In this document: positions 23,801 to 35,246 of the stretch, piece by piece
Layout of the letters: every line of letters begins with the position of its first letter
How positions within the stretch are numbered: position 1 is the first letter of the stretch
DNA from: Eledone cirrhosa
Taxonomy: Eukaryota
Reading direction: 5' to 3'
Assembly: GCA_964016885.1 (NCBI GenBank)
Contig: OZ024743.1
Span: 320,478,001 to 320,542,000 of the forward strand
DNA: 64,000 nt
The notes under the pieces: model-generated
Told to the model about the DNA's origin: nothing
What the model saw: the letters and a program-made list of their open reading frames with translations, nothing else
Database searches by the model: none
Translations under genes and position numbers: made by a program

Positions 23801-26650
23801 GGGGCCATCGTCAACAACAAGTTTTTGGTGTGCTCTTAAAAGAGCGAGTAGAATAGAGTCCATTGGGTTTAGTAAGGCATTAGCAATGGAGAAAAATAGA
23901 GCAGAGGGAGAACTAGTTAGAAAATTACACGAGGCGCTTAGCAAAGGCATCGCGCCCGAGGTACTAGCGACGAGATTGGCCCTTGACCAATTCTTCAATG
24001 CAAAGCACGAAGGCTGCGTTGTCAGAGCTAAGGTGCGTGCTCTCAGATACGAGGGGACGAAAGCCGTTCAATGGGCCCGAGTGGCGGATGCGCATCGTGG
24101 CAACAAAGCCACGATCCGGTTTTTGGTGGACCACGACGGGCGCATGCTACTCGATCCCAGGCAAATGTGTGAAGCTTTTCAGCGAAATTTCGCACAGCTG
24201 TTCGTGGGCAGCGGCGGGCCGGAACGAGGGATGGACTTTAGTGTCTACCTCGACGGACTGCCGCGGCTCCCGGCCACTGAGGCGGAGCATTGCGAAAAGA
24301 CGATAACAGCCGCTGAAGTACGGGAGGCAATGACTGGCTGCACAAGCGGTAAATGCCTGGTTTGGATGGTCTGCCCTATGAACTTTACGTACAGATGCCA
24401 GACTTGTTCGGAGGCCTCTTGGCGGACGTCTACTGCAACTGGCAACAGAACGGGAGAATTCCCACCTCTGTGAGCCGAGGAGCTGTGGCGCTGCTGAGAA
24501 AGGATCCGAACAATGGGGATAACAGATAATTTCAGGCCCATAACTCTGCTAAACACAGAGTTCAAGAATTTGGCCAAAGTGCTAGCAAAGAAGTTAGCGC
24601 TTGTCGTTAGTGGTCTGGTTAGGAGAGGCACAGACATGCGCCATTCCCGACAGATCCACCCACGACAACCTCCACCTCATGCGATACATCGTAGAGAGGG
24701 TAGCTAGGGAACCTGGCACGGGTGGGTCCTTGATCAATTTAGATCAGTCGAAAGCTTTCGATAGGGTCGACCATCATTACCTAGCGGCAGTCCTGAGGGC
24801 GGCTGGCTTTGGGCCAGTCTTCAGAGGCTGGATCGCTGCCATGCACAGCGATATCTGCTCTGTGGTGAGAGTGAACGGTCACCTTTCGGAACCGTTCAAC
24901 ATCATGCGCTCGGTCCGCCAAGGATGTCCCCTCGCGTCCCTATTGTACGTATTGACTCTCGAGCCATTACTGCACAAACTGGAGATGTTGAGGGGGGTCC
25001 CGCGCGAACTAGGATGCGGAAGATCCGTGTCAGCATATGCCGACGATGTCACCGTAGTGGTGTCGAACGCCAAACACATCGAGGCGATCGGCACTACACT
25101 AAGAGAATACGAAGCGGTGACAGGAGCAATGATCAACCAGGAAAAGTCAGTGGGCCTGCAGCTCGGCACCTGGAGAGGCAGGTCCATGCCGTCCAACAGC
25201 GTCGTCGGGCGCTGGACGGACGGACCGGTTAAATTGCTAGGGATCTGGTTCGGTCCAGACCTCCAGACGGACAACAACTGGGACGAGGTGACGAGCAGGG
25301 TGGCTTCTCTCACCCAGAAATGGGCCGAGAGGAAGCTATCCCTGAAAGGTCGAACGGAGGTGGCTAGCGCGTACATCGCGTCCGTCATCTACTACCGCCT
25401 GACCGTCGTACCTTGTCCTAAGCCCCGCCTGACTGAGCTGGAGCGTTTGCTCTTTCGCTTCTTGTGGAAGGGACGCGCTCCGATGGTCAGGCGGTCCATC
25501 TGCTGTCAACACCCGCTACGTGGAGGGCTGGGCATGCCGTGGCTGATGATGCGCAGACACGCGCTCAGGCTACGACATCTCCACCTCTTCCTCGACGGTG
25601 ATCAGGTGTGGTCGCCGTTTGCTAGACAAGTTTTTTTCCCAGCTCGTCTCCTTGACGGTACTGCAGTCCTGGGTCAAGCGAAGACCGAGAGGGAGCGGTT
25701 GGACACTGGAATGTCTACAGCCGCTCACAGCCCTCGACCAATCGGGCAATGTGATCGGTGGAAACTCCACCTTGGCGTTCTATAGAGGATTAGTGGAGGG
25801 GAAGAGCGACGACGTACTTGGAGAAACTCTAGGCGTCGACGAAAATCAACTAGCCAATCTCTTCGGAAGGACTTTCGGGCCGGGGCCTATGGACAACTTC
25901 CAGAAATCCCTGGCCTGGCAGTGCTACCGGGGTGCTTTGCCAGTTCGGGATAAACTTTACAGGCATGGAGGTGCCGTCAGCCGGGCATGTCCGAGATGCG
26001 CACAGGGCGACGAAACCGTCCTGCACGCACTCGTCCAGTGTCCGAGCATTGCTGACTTGTGGGTTTATGTCGAACACCTGCTGTCACGTGTAGGACGGAT
26101 CCAGCTATCAGCTTAGTCCATCGTGAGGATTGCCCCGCCCTCTTCCTTTAGCTGGGAAGGGCAGGCAGTTTTTATCTGTCTGGTGGCCATGGCGAAAGAG
26201 ATAGTATGGTGGACACGTTTGAAAGGGCTGAAGACGAGCACTTACCTCTTCGGTGATGCCCTGATTAACTTTTTCAAATTTCATCTGAAAAGGAAAATCA
26301 GGGTAGAGAGGGAAGGGCTCTCTTCCCAGCATTTTGTTGAAAGGTGGGTGAGAGAAGCAAGTATGGCCCGAATGAATGGGCCTTCTCTGAGTATGTGTCT
26401 GTAAATTAAAGGTGGAAGACTGGGAGAGGGCACTTGCCCTGGTGGTCAGGGCCACTGTGGTCTTTTAATGGGCTTTCTCCACAAATGTCCCTCGGAAGTC
26501 TCCCCCCTATTGGGGAATTTTTCTTTGTTATTTTATTTCATCCACTGTTTTTTTTTACACGCAGAAATGACCATTTGTACCGTCCTGTATTGTCCTGTAC
26601 TGTCCTTAATGTCTACTTTATGTAAACCCTTGTGGTTAATAAAGAAAACA
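20847..26650 (+). mobile_element. Tx1-like LINE (copy C), full length but disrupted: ORF1 21228-22849, ORF2 22986-26404
   Basis: ORF1 knuckle-like VEGRRPRC..THLRAFC; APE (GSINARGL, LVGDWN, SYLDR); RT (LDQSKAFDRV, VRQGCPL, AYADDV); C-terminal CPRC..ETVLHALVQC. (TTA)n on both sides. Confidence 0.95.
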
Positions 26651-26679
26651 TTATTATTATTATTATTATTGTTGTTATT

Positions 26680-29600
26680 CCTTGAATCTCAGTCATTGAT
26701 GTTGGTTAACTGGAAAGTCCGTTGGATTGAATATCAAGCCACTACCTGCAGCCTCAGATATTCAGGACGTATCGGAGGGTTCTTGCTGTTCCAAGCAAGC
26801 ATGCTTTTTGAAGCGTTCCAAAAAGCGTGAAGGGGCCGATTTTCTTTAACCATCCCTGGAAACTTTTGGAGATAGTCCCCAGTGCGCCTATGACAATCGG
26901 GATCACTTTGACTTCATGGCAGTTCCAAATCCTTTTCACCTCCCACTTTAGGTCCTGGTATCGGTTAATTTTCTCCCTCTCCTTCTCTTGCACTCTCGTG
27001 TCGAACGGGCAGGCCACATCCACAATCAGGCACGATCTTTTTTCTTTGTCCACAACCACCAGGTCAGGTCTATTGTGTTCCATTTTTTGTCCGTCTGTAT
27101 CCTAAAATCCCACAGCACCTTCACCTGATTGTTCTCCATCACCGCCTCTGGCCTATGCTCATACCATTTCTCAGAATGTGGTAAATTGTTTACTTTGCAC
27201 AGGTGCCAGTGGATCACCCTGCCCAACACATCGTGTCTCCAGCCCTTATAGTGGGTCTGGGCTAGGTGTTTACACTCGGACACAATGTGAGCCACAGTCT
27301 CCTCTCTCTCTCCACAGATCCTGCACAGTGGGCTAGCCTCCTCCTTGTAGATATGGTGCTTCAAACACTTCGTTTTGAGGGCCAGCTCCTGCGCAGCCAT
27401 TAGCATTCCTTCTGTAGCCTTTTTGAGGTCTCCTCTTCTCAACCAGTTCCATGTCTGTGGATCTCTAAATTCAGTTTTCTCAAAGAAGGTACTATGAAGG
27501 GATTTTCCCTTAAGGCTGCACTTCCTCCTTGATGTTATTTCCTCCTTGGACATCCCCTGGCCTACTGTCCCCTCCTTCAGTACAGTTCTGAGCATTGGCT
27601 CCTTACTATAGGTCACGTATTTGTATAGGTTGTTTTTCTCCATCTGAACACAGTCCTCTATGCTGATAAGACCTCTTCCACCCTCAGATCTCCTTAGGTA
27701 GAGTCTATCGACATCACTCCTCTTGTGGAACATGTTGTAGATAGTCAATAGCTTCCTAGTCTTCCTATCCATTTCTTTTTGTTCAGCAACATTCCATCTC
27801 AGTATTCCCGCACTGTACCTAATAATAGACACAGCTCGGGAATTTACTGCGCTTATGGCATTTCTGCTGTTCAGATGTGACTTAAATACGCTCCTTACTC
27901 TCCGAATGTATTCAGTTCTTAACAATTCCTTCATTTTTTTGTTCTTTATGCCATCAGCCTCCAGAACGCCCAAATACTTGTATCCTTCCTCAGAGTCAAT
28001 TTCCTTTATCATCTCACCTGTTGGTATCTGGATCCCGTTACTTCTGCTCAACCTACCCCTCTTCATCACAATGACTCCACATTTACCAATACCAAACTGC
28101 ATACATATATCACTGCTGAAAATACGGACAGTGTCAACAAGCACATCCAACTCCTTCTCACTTTTCCCGAAGAGCTTAAGATCGTCCATGAAGAGGAGGT
28201 GATTGATGGTAAGCTCTCCCCTTCCCAACTTGTATCCTGCTCTCACTTTTCGCAGCATAATGGTCAAGGGCATCAGGGCAAGGACAAACAACAGAGGGGA
28301 CAGGCTATCTCCCTGGAAGATACCTCTCTTGATCTTCACGCTTCCCAAGGATACTCCAGTTGATGTCAACTCTGTCTCCCAGGACCCCATACTCCTGCCT
28401 AGCAACTGTCTGATGTTATCTGCCACCCTGAAGATCTCCAGGCTTTTGGTGATCCAGGAATGAGGCACCATGTCAAATGCCTTTCTGTAGTCTATCCATC
28501 CCATGGCAAGATCAGTGTGTCTCCTCCTGCAATTCCCCATTACCATCTTATCAATAAGTAACTGGTCCTTTGTATCACGTGACTTCTTTCGGCATCCTTT
28601 CTGTTCGTCCGGTAACAAGTTGTTTGTGTGGAGGTGATGGTAGATTTCCTCAGACACAATGCTCGTCAACAGTTTCCACATTACGGACAGACATGTGATA
28701 GGTCTATAGTTGGTAACATCATTACCCTTGATTCGGTCTTTCATTATCAGAACTGTGGTACCTTTTGTCAACCACTCTGGCACCTCACCCCACACCAAGC
28801 AGTCATTGAACATGGCCGTCAGCTTCGGGTGGAGGGATGTTAAATGTTTAATCCAATACCCCTGCACACCATCTGGGCCTGGTGATTTCCAGTTGGTTAG
28901 TTTTTTGGCCTGCCCCTTAAGAGTTTCAACTGTGATACTCAAATCAGTTTGTTGTTGTGCCTGCTCACCGATCTCCCTCTGTACTGTCTCAATCCACCCT
29001 GCCTGGGCATTGTGTCTAACATCCTGCTCCCATATTCCTCTCCAGAACGTTTTAGTTTGCTCCGCCCCAGGGATCAAGTCGTTGCCTCTTTCTTTCCCCT
29101 CAAGCTATCCAAACAGCATCTTCTGGTTGTTGTCGAACATGCGGTTCTGTTTATACTGACTGACTCTGTTCTCGTATCGCCTGATTTTTGCACTCTTTGC
29201 TACAATGCGTTGCTTCAGTTCCTCTATGATAATATTTAGCTTTTTCCTCCTAGTTTTGTATTTTATTTCCAGTCTATTTTTAGTGCCTATGTTTTTTAGT
29301 GTCCCATTCAGTAGTGACTCAAGCTTTCCTATGTCATTTCTCATTTCCCCGATTTGCCCACTCAGTCGCTTCTTCCACCACGGCTCTGCTCTTTCTTGTC
29401 TGTTGTTTCCTCTCGCTTTTATACCAAGTAGTTTCCTCACCGTATTTGCTGTTGCTTTGAGGATATTGTTGCACTGGTGAAGGCTCCTCGCCTCAAGGTA
29501 TGGGATGACTTTGTTTACCTTAGCTGTTGTTTCTTTTAACTTTTTCCTGTCTACAAATCTTAGGTTCATAGGTCTCCCACTATCATTGTTCAATTCATCT

Positions 29601-30260
29601 ACCACTAAATTTAGGATGTCAACCGAATCTTGTCCTAGCCCGTCAGCATTCATCTCCTCAGTGGCCGTATCTCTGTTCCAGGTATTATTTATCTCAGTAT
29701 TCAGATCATTGTCTGCTTCGGGTGGTTCCTCCGTTCTCAGGACCTCTTCACCTTCATTTCCCACTGGCTCGCTTGTCTGGCATACTACACCCGCCATCTC
29801 CAAGCCATTCTCTCTGCTCAGTTCCTCCAGTTCCAGCTCGCTTATCTATCCATTAGTTCTTATTACCCGAGCCTGCCCGGCCAATTTTTGTTCATCTAAT
29901 TTAAATAAACCAATCTCGTTCCAGATGTTATGCATCCGTCTCCTGTAGCCCCTCTCCTTGGGGTTACTTTTCAGGTAACATTGCATAACAGTTCTATTCA
30001 ATTCTTTCGTCCAGTTGGTTCTGGCCCCTTTCCTTCTTCTCCTTCCTCCAACATCAGCAGTATTTGGTTGACAGTCAGGTTCCTGCTGCTGAGCTAGGGG
30101 TCACCTGCTGGGTGAGAGTCTGTCACATGACGTTCTAGTCTCCATTTCACCGTTATTCGAACTGTTTATGTTCGATATTTAAACACTCTTATCAAGGATT
30201 GGCGAATGTATGGTTACATATCCATCTGTGGATCCGCCATTCCACTTGGCCCTTGTGTGG
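26680..30260 (-). mobile_element. Dong/R4-clade LINE copy 1, 5' UTR truncated, ORF broken by stops and frameshifts
   Basis: Near-identical to the intact ORF 30390-33782; split at ~27083, ~29105 and ~30095. Flanked by (TAA)n. Confidence 0.93.
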
Positions 30261-30261
30261 A

Positions 30262-30297
<36 letters not shown>

Positions 30298-30389
30298 TAT
30301 ATTGTTATTGTTATTCCTTGAATCTCAGTCATTGATGTTGGTTAACTGGAAAGTCCGTTGGATTGAATATCAAGCCACTACCTGCAGCC

Positions 30390-33300
30390 TCAGATATTCA
30401 GGACGTATCGGAGGGTTCTTGCCGTTCCAAGCAAGCATGCCTTTTGAAGCGTTCCAAAAAGCGTGAAGGGGCCGATTTTCTTTAACCATCCCTGGAAACC
30501 TTTGGAGATAGTCCCCAGTGCGCCTATGACAATCGGGATCACGTTGACTTCATGGCAGTTCCAAATCCTTTTCACCTCCCACTCTAGGTCCTGGTATCGG
30601 TTAATTTTCTCCCTCTCCTTCTCTTGCACTCTCGTGTCGAACGGGCAGGCCACATCCACAATCAGGCACGATCTTTTTTCTTTGTCCACAACCACCAGGT
30701 CAGGTCTATTGTGTTCCAGTTTTTTGTCCGTCTGTATCCTAAAATCCCACAGCACCTTCACCTGACTGTTCTCCATCACCGCCTCTGGCCTATGCTCATA
30801 CCATTTCTCAGAATGTGGTAGATTGTTTACTTTGCACAGGTGCCAGTGGACCACTCTGCCCATCACATCGTGTCTCCAGCCCTTATAGTGGGTCTGGGCT
30901 AGGTGTTTACACTCGGACACAATGTGAGCCACAGTCTCCTCTCTCTCTCCACAGATCCTGCACAGTGGGCTAGCCTCCTCCTTGTAGATATGGTGCTTCA
31001 ACCACTTCGTTTTGAGGGCCTGCTCCTGCGCAGCCATTAGCATTCCTTCTGTAGCCTTTTTGAGGTCTCCTCTTCTCAACCAGTTCCATGTCTGTGGATC
31101 TCTAAATTCAGTTTTCTCAAAGAAGGTACTATGAAGGGATTTTCCCTTAAGGCTGCTCTTCCTCCTTGATGTTATTTCCTCCTTGGGTATCCCCTGGCCT
31201 ACTGTCCCCTCCTTCAGTACAGCTCTGAGCATTGGCTCCTTACTATAGGTCACGTATTTGTATAGGTTGTTTTTCTCCATCTGAACACAGTCCTCTATGC
31301 TGATAAGACCCCTTCCACTCTCAGATCTCCTTAGGTAGAGTCTATCGACATCACTCCTCTTGTGGAACATGTTGTAGATAGTCAATAGCTTCCTAGTCTT
31401 CCTATCCATTTCTTTTTGTTCAGCAACATTCCATCTCAGAATTCCCGCACTGTACCTAATAATAGACACAGCTCGGGAATTTACTGCGCTTATGGCATTT
31501 CTGCTGTTCAGATGTGACTTCAATACGCTCCTTACTCTCCGAATGTATTCAGTTCTTAACAATTCCTTCATTTTTTTGTTCTTTATGCCATCAGCCTCCA
31601 GAACGCCCAAATACTTGTATCCTTCCTCAGAGTCAATTTCCTTTATCATCTCACCTGTTGGTATCTGGATCCCGTTACTTCTGCTCAACCTACCCCTCCT
31701 CATCACAATGACTCCACATTTACCAATACCAAACTGCATACATATATCACTGCTGAAAATACGGACAGTGTCAACAAGCACATCCAACTCCTTCTCACTT
31801 TTCCCGAAGAGCTTAAGATCGTCCATGAAGAGGAGGTGATTGATGGTAAGCTCTCCCCTTCCCAACTTGTATCCTGCATCCACTTTTCGCAGCATAATGG
31901 TCAAGGGCATCAGGGCAAGGACAAACAACAGAGGGGACAGGCTATCTCCCTGGAAGATACCTCTCTTGATCTTCACGCTTCCCAAGGATACTCCAGTTGA
32001 TGTCAACTCTGTCTCCCAGGACCCCATACTCCTGCCCAGCAACTGTCTGATGTTATCTGCCACCCTGAAGATCTCCAGGCTTTTGGTGATCCAGGAATGA
32101 GGCACCATGTCAAATGCCTTTCTGTAGTCTATCCATCCCATGGCAAGATCAGTGTGTCTCCTCCTGCAATTCCCCATTACCATCTTATCAATAAGCAACT
32201 GGTCCTTTGTACCACGTGACTTCTTTCGGCATCCTTTCTGTTCGTCCGGCAACAAGTTGTTTGTGTGGAGGTGATGGTAGATTTCCTCAGACACAATGCT
32301 CGTCAGCAGTTTCCACATTACGGGCAGACATGTGATAGGTCTATAGTTGGTAACATCATTAACCTTGATTCGGTCTTTCATTATCAGAACTGTGGTACCT
32401 TTTGTCAACCACTCTGGCACCTCACCCGACACCAAACAGTCATTGAACATGGCCGTCAGCTTCGGGTGGAGGGATGTTAAATGTTTAATCCAATACCCCT
32501 GCACACCATCTGGGCCTGGTGATTTCCAGTTGGTTAGTTTTTTGGCTTGCCCCTTAAGAGTTTCAACTGTGATACTCAAATCAGTCTGTTGCTGTGCCTG
32601 CTCACCGATCTCCCTCTGTACTGTCTCAATCCACCCTGCCTGGGCATTGTGTCTAACATCCTGCTCCCATATTCCTCTCCAGAATGTTTTAGCTTGTTCC
32701 GCCCCAGGGATCAAGTCGTTGCCTCTTACTTTCCCCTCAAGCTGTCCAAACAGCATCTTCTGGTTGTTGTCGAACATGCGGTTCTGTTTATACTGACTGA
32801 CTCTGTTCTCGTATCGCCTGATTTTGGCACTCTTTGCTACAATGCGTTGCTTCAATTCCTCTATGATAATATTTAGCTTTTTACTCCTAGTTTTGTATTT
32901 TATTTCCAGTCTATTTTTAGTGCCTATGTTTTTTAGTGTCCCATTCAGTAGTGACTCAAGCTTTCCTATGTCATTTCTCATTTCCCCGATTTGCCCACTC
33001 AGTCGCTTCTTCCACCACGGCTCTGCTCTTTCTTGTCTGTTGTTTCCTCTCGCTTTTATACCAAGTAGTTTCCTCACCGTATTTGCTGTTGCTTTGAGGA
33101 TATTGTTGCACTGGTGAAGACTCCTCGCCTCAAGGTATGGGATGACTTTGTTTACCTTAGCTGTTGTTTCTTTTAACTTTTTCCTGTCTACAAATCTTAG
33201 GTTCATAGGTCTCCCACTATCATTGTTCAACTCATCTACCACTAAATTTAGGATGTCAACCGAATCTTGTCCTAGCCCGTCAGCATTCATCTCCCCAGTG

Positions 33301-33782
33301 GCCGTATCTCTGTTCCAGGTATTATTTATCTCAGTATTCAGATCATTGTCTGCTTCGGGTGGTTCCTCCGTTCTCAGGACCGCCTCACCTTCATTTCCCG
33401 CCGGCTCGCTTGTCTGGCATACTACACCCGCCATCTCCAAGCCATTCTCTCTGCTCAGTTCCTCCAGTTCCAGCTCGCTTATCCACCCATTAGTTCTTAT
33501 TACCCGAGCCTGCCCGGCCAATTTTTGTTCATCTAATTTAAATAAACCAATCTCGTTCCAGATGTTATGCATCCGTCTCCTGTAGCCCCTCTCCTTGGGG
33601 TTACTTTTCAGGTAGCATTGCATAACAGTTCTATTCAATTCTTTCGTCCAGTTGGTTCTGGCCCCTTTCCTTCTTCTTCTTCCTCCAACATCAGCAGTAT
33701 TTGGTTGACAGTCAGGCTCCTGCTGCTGAGGCAGGGGGCACCTGTTGGGTGAGAGTCTGTCACATGACGTTCTAGTCTCCAT
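30390..33782 (-). CDS. 1130-aa RT + CCHC + restriction-like endonuclease protein (R4/Dong)
   Basis: KSPGPDG, YRPITCL, IDYRKAFD, GIFQGDSLSP, LFMDDLKL, CRICGEREETVAHIVSEC, RHD, RPDLVVVD..IVDVACP..EKINRY. Confidence 0.95.
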   Translation of the reverse strand: METRTSCDRLSPNRCPLPQQQEPDCQPNTADVGGRRRRKGARTNWTKELNRTVMQCYLKSNPKERGYRRRMHNIWNEIGLFKLDEQKLAGQARVIRTNGWISELELEELSRENGLEMAGVVCQTSEPAGNEGEAVLRTEEPPEADNDLNTEINNTWNRDTATGEMNADGLGQDSVDILNLVVDELNNDSGRPMNLRFVDRKKLKETTAKVNKVIPYLEARSLHQCNNILKATANTVRKLLGIKARGNNRQERAEPWWKKRLSGQIGEMRNDIGKLESLLNGTLKNIGTKNRLEIKYKTRSKKLNIIIEELKQRIVAKSAKIRRYENRVSQYKQNRMFDNNQKMLFGQLEGKVRGNDLIPGAEQAKTFWRGIWEQDVRHNAQAGWIETVQREIGEQAQQQTDLSITVETLKGQAKKLTNWKSPGPDGVQGYWIKHLTSLHPKLTAMFNDCLVSGEVPEWLTKGTTVLIMKDRIKVNDVTNYRPITCLPVMWKLLTSIVSEEIYHHLHTNNLLPDEQKGCRKKSRGTKDQLLIDKMVMGNCRRRHTDLAMGWIDYRKAFDMVPHSWITKSLEIFRVADNIRQLLGRSMGSWETELTSTGVSLGSVKIKRGIFQGDSLSPLLFVLALMPLTIMLRKVDAGYKLGRGELTINHLLFMDDLKLFGKSEKELDVLVDTVRIFSSDICMQFGIGKCGVIVMRRGRLSRSNGIQIPTGEMIKEIDSEEGYKYLGVLEADGIKNKKMKELLRTEYIRRVRSVLKSHLNSRNAISAVNSRAVSIIRYSAGILRWNVAEQKEMDRKTRKLLTIYNMFHKRSDVDRLYLRRSESGRGLISIEDCVQMEKNNLYKYVTYSKEPMLRAVLKEGTVGQGIPKEEITSRRKSSLKGKSLHSTFFEKTEFRDPQTWNWLRRGDLKKATEGMLMAAQEQALKTKWLKHHIYKEEASPLCRICGEREETVAHIVSECKHLAQTHYKGWRHDVMGRVVHWHLCKVNNLPHSEKWYEHRPEAVMENSQVKVLWDFRIQTDKKLEHNRPDLVVVDKEKRSCLIVDVACPFDTRVQEKEREKINRYQDLEWEVKRIWNCHEVNVIPIVIGALGTISKGFQGWLKKIGPFTLFGTLQKACLLGTARTLRYVLNI

Positions 33783-34351
33783 TTCACCGTTATTCGAACT
33801 GTTTATGTTCGATATTTAAACACTCTTATCGAGGATTGGCGAATGTATGTTTACATAGCCATCTGTGGATCCGCCATCCCACTTGGCCCTTGTGTGGCAT
33901 TATCACCACGCTGTATACGGACACACATAAACAAACAAACACACGGGCAGAAAGGGCCCCAAAAATGAATAAGCATAAGTTTCATTGTAATGTAGTATTC
34001 GAATGTCTGACTTAGTTTTTGTTTTTTAAGTTTTACTTTTTCCCCCCTCTTCTCTGTCCGTCCGCCTGCTTCTCTCTTCATTCTTATTTTCTTTACGTTT
34101 CTGGGGTTTCTTTTTTTGTTTTTGTTTTTCTCTGTTTTTCTCGTTTTTTACTGTTGTTGCTGTGCTGCTTTTGTTGTTTGTTTTTTCTTTTTTCTCTTGA
34201 GTCTATCTATATATTTTGATGCCTTCCTCTTTGTTAGTAGTAGGAATTCTATAATGTGGAAGTGGTAGCCAGCAGAGACTGGCGGCGTTGGCGATACTGA
34301 GACAGTGGTGGTGGTGATGTCGATACCGAGGCAGTGGTGGCGGTGATGCGA

Positions 34352-34997
34352 CCGTATTACTGTAGTGATGGTGCTGTAGCGGTGGCAGCAGCAGTGAAGG
34401 AGTCAAGGGGTGGTGGCGGCGGTGATGGGATAGTGGTGGTAATGATGGCCGTAGTGAGCGGTGGCGGTGAAGGTGAAAATGCTGTTGTGTTTAGTGTACA
34501 CAGATGATGGGGTGGGTGGTGTATCTAGTTTCTGGTGTTGGTGAGTTTCGCTGTCCTATATAGTGTAGCCAGAGGAGAGGAGGGGGGGGGGTTCTTCTTC
34601 TTCCATTTATAGCCATTTTATTTTTTTTTTTTTTGGATATACAGTGTACAATACAAAGTTGAATATTTGAATATTTGAGCCGTATTACTGTCGTGATGGT
34701 GCTGTAGCGGTGGCAGCAGCAGTGAAGGAGTCAAGGGGTGGTGGCGGCGGTGATGGGATAGTGGTGGTAATGATGGCCGTAGTGAGCGGTGGCGGTGAAG
34801 GTAAAAATGCTGTTGTGTTTAGTGTACACAGATGATGGGGTGGGTGGTGTATCTAGTTTCTGGTGTTGGTGAGTTTAGCTGTCCTATATAGTGTAGCCAG
34901 AGGAGAGGAGGGGGGGTTCTTCTTCTTCCATTTATAGCCATTTTTTTTTTGGATATACAGTGTACAATACAAAGTTGAATATTTGAATATTTGAGCC
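34352..34997. repeat. Tandem duplication (~328-bp period) in the Dong 5' UTR
   Basis: CCGTATTACTGT... starts at 34352 and again at 34680; both units end in GAATATTTGAGC. Confidence 0.9.
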
Positions 34998-35162
34998 TTA
35001 TAACAATATATTTTGGGTCCGAATTTTTTTTGGGCTGAAGCCGGGTGCTTTACGTAGCATTTGTACTAAGAGTTGTTATTTCACAAATGATTTAAATATG
35101 TTAAAAATTCAAAACTTACGGGAGCGATTTCATGACCTCCGTCACCTCGTGCGTCTTCTTCC

Positions 35163-35163
35163 C

Positions 35164-35234
<71 letters not shown>

Positions 35235-35245
35235 GTTATTACTAT
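35163..35245. repeat. (TTA)n tract; similar tracts separate every array member (~20827, 26650, 30262, 38180, 40677, 46442, 47160, 53219)
   Basis: Direct read. Confidence 0.95.
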
Positions 35246-35246
35246 T

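Larger units (their letters stand above)
30316..35163 (-). mobile_element. Dong/R4-clade LINE copy 2, full length with ~1.4 kb 5' UTR
   Basis: Intact ORF, short 3' UTR into (TAA)n, and 5' end abutting (TAA)n. Dong elements are known to target TAA repeats. Confidence 0.93.

Noticed and set aside
27855-29948. Recurrent plus-strand ORFs antisense to Dong and Tx1 copies
   Set aside because: They recur only because the copies are near-identical; no independent motifs.
34990-35163. HDV-like ribozyme at the Dong 5' end
   Set aside because: I could not build the nested double pseudoknot by eye; a covariance search is needed.
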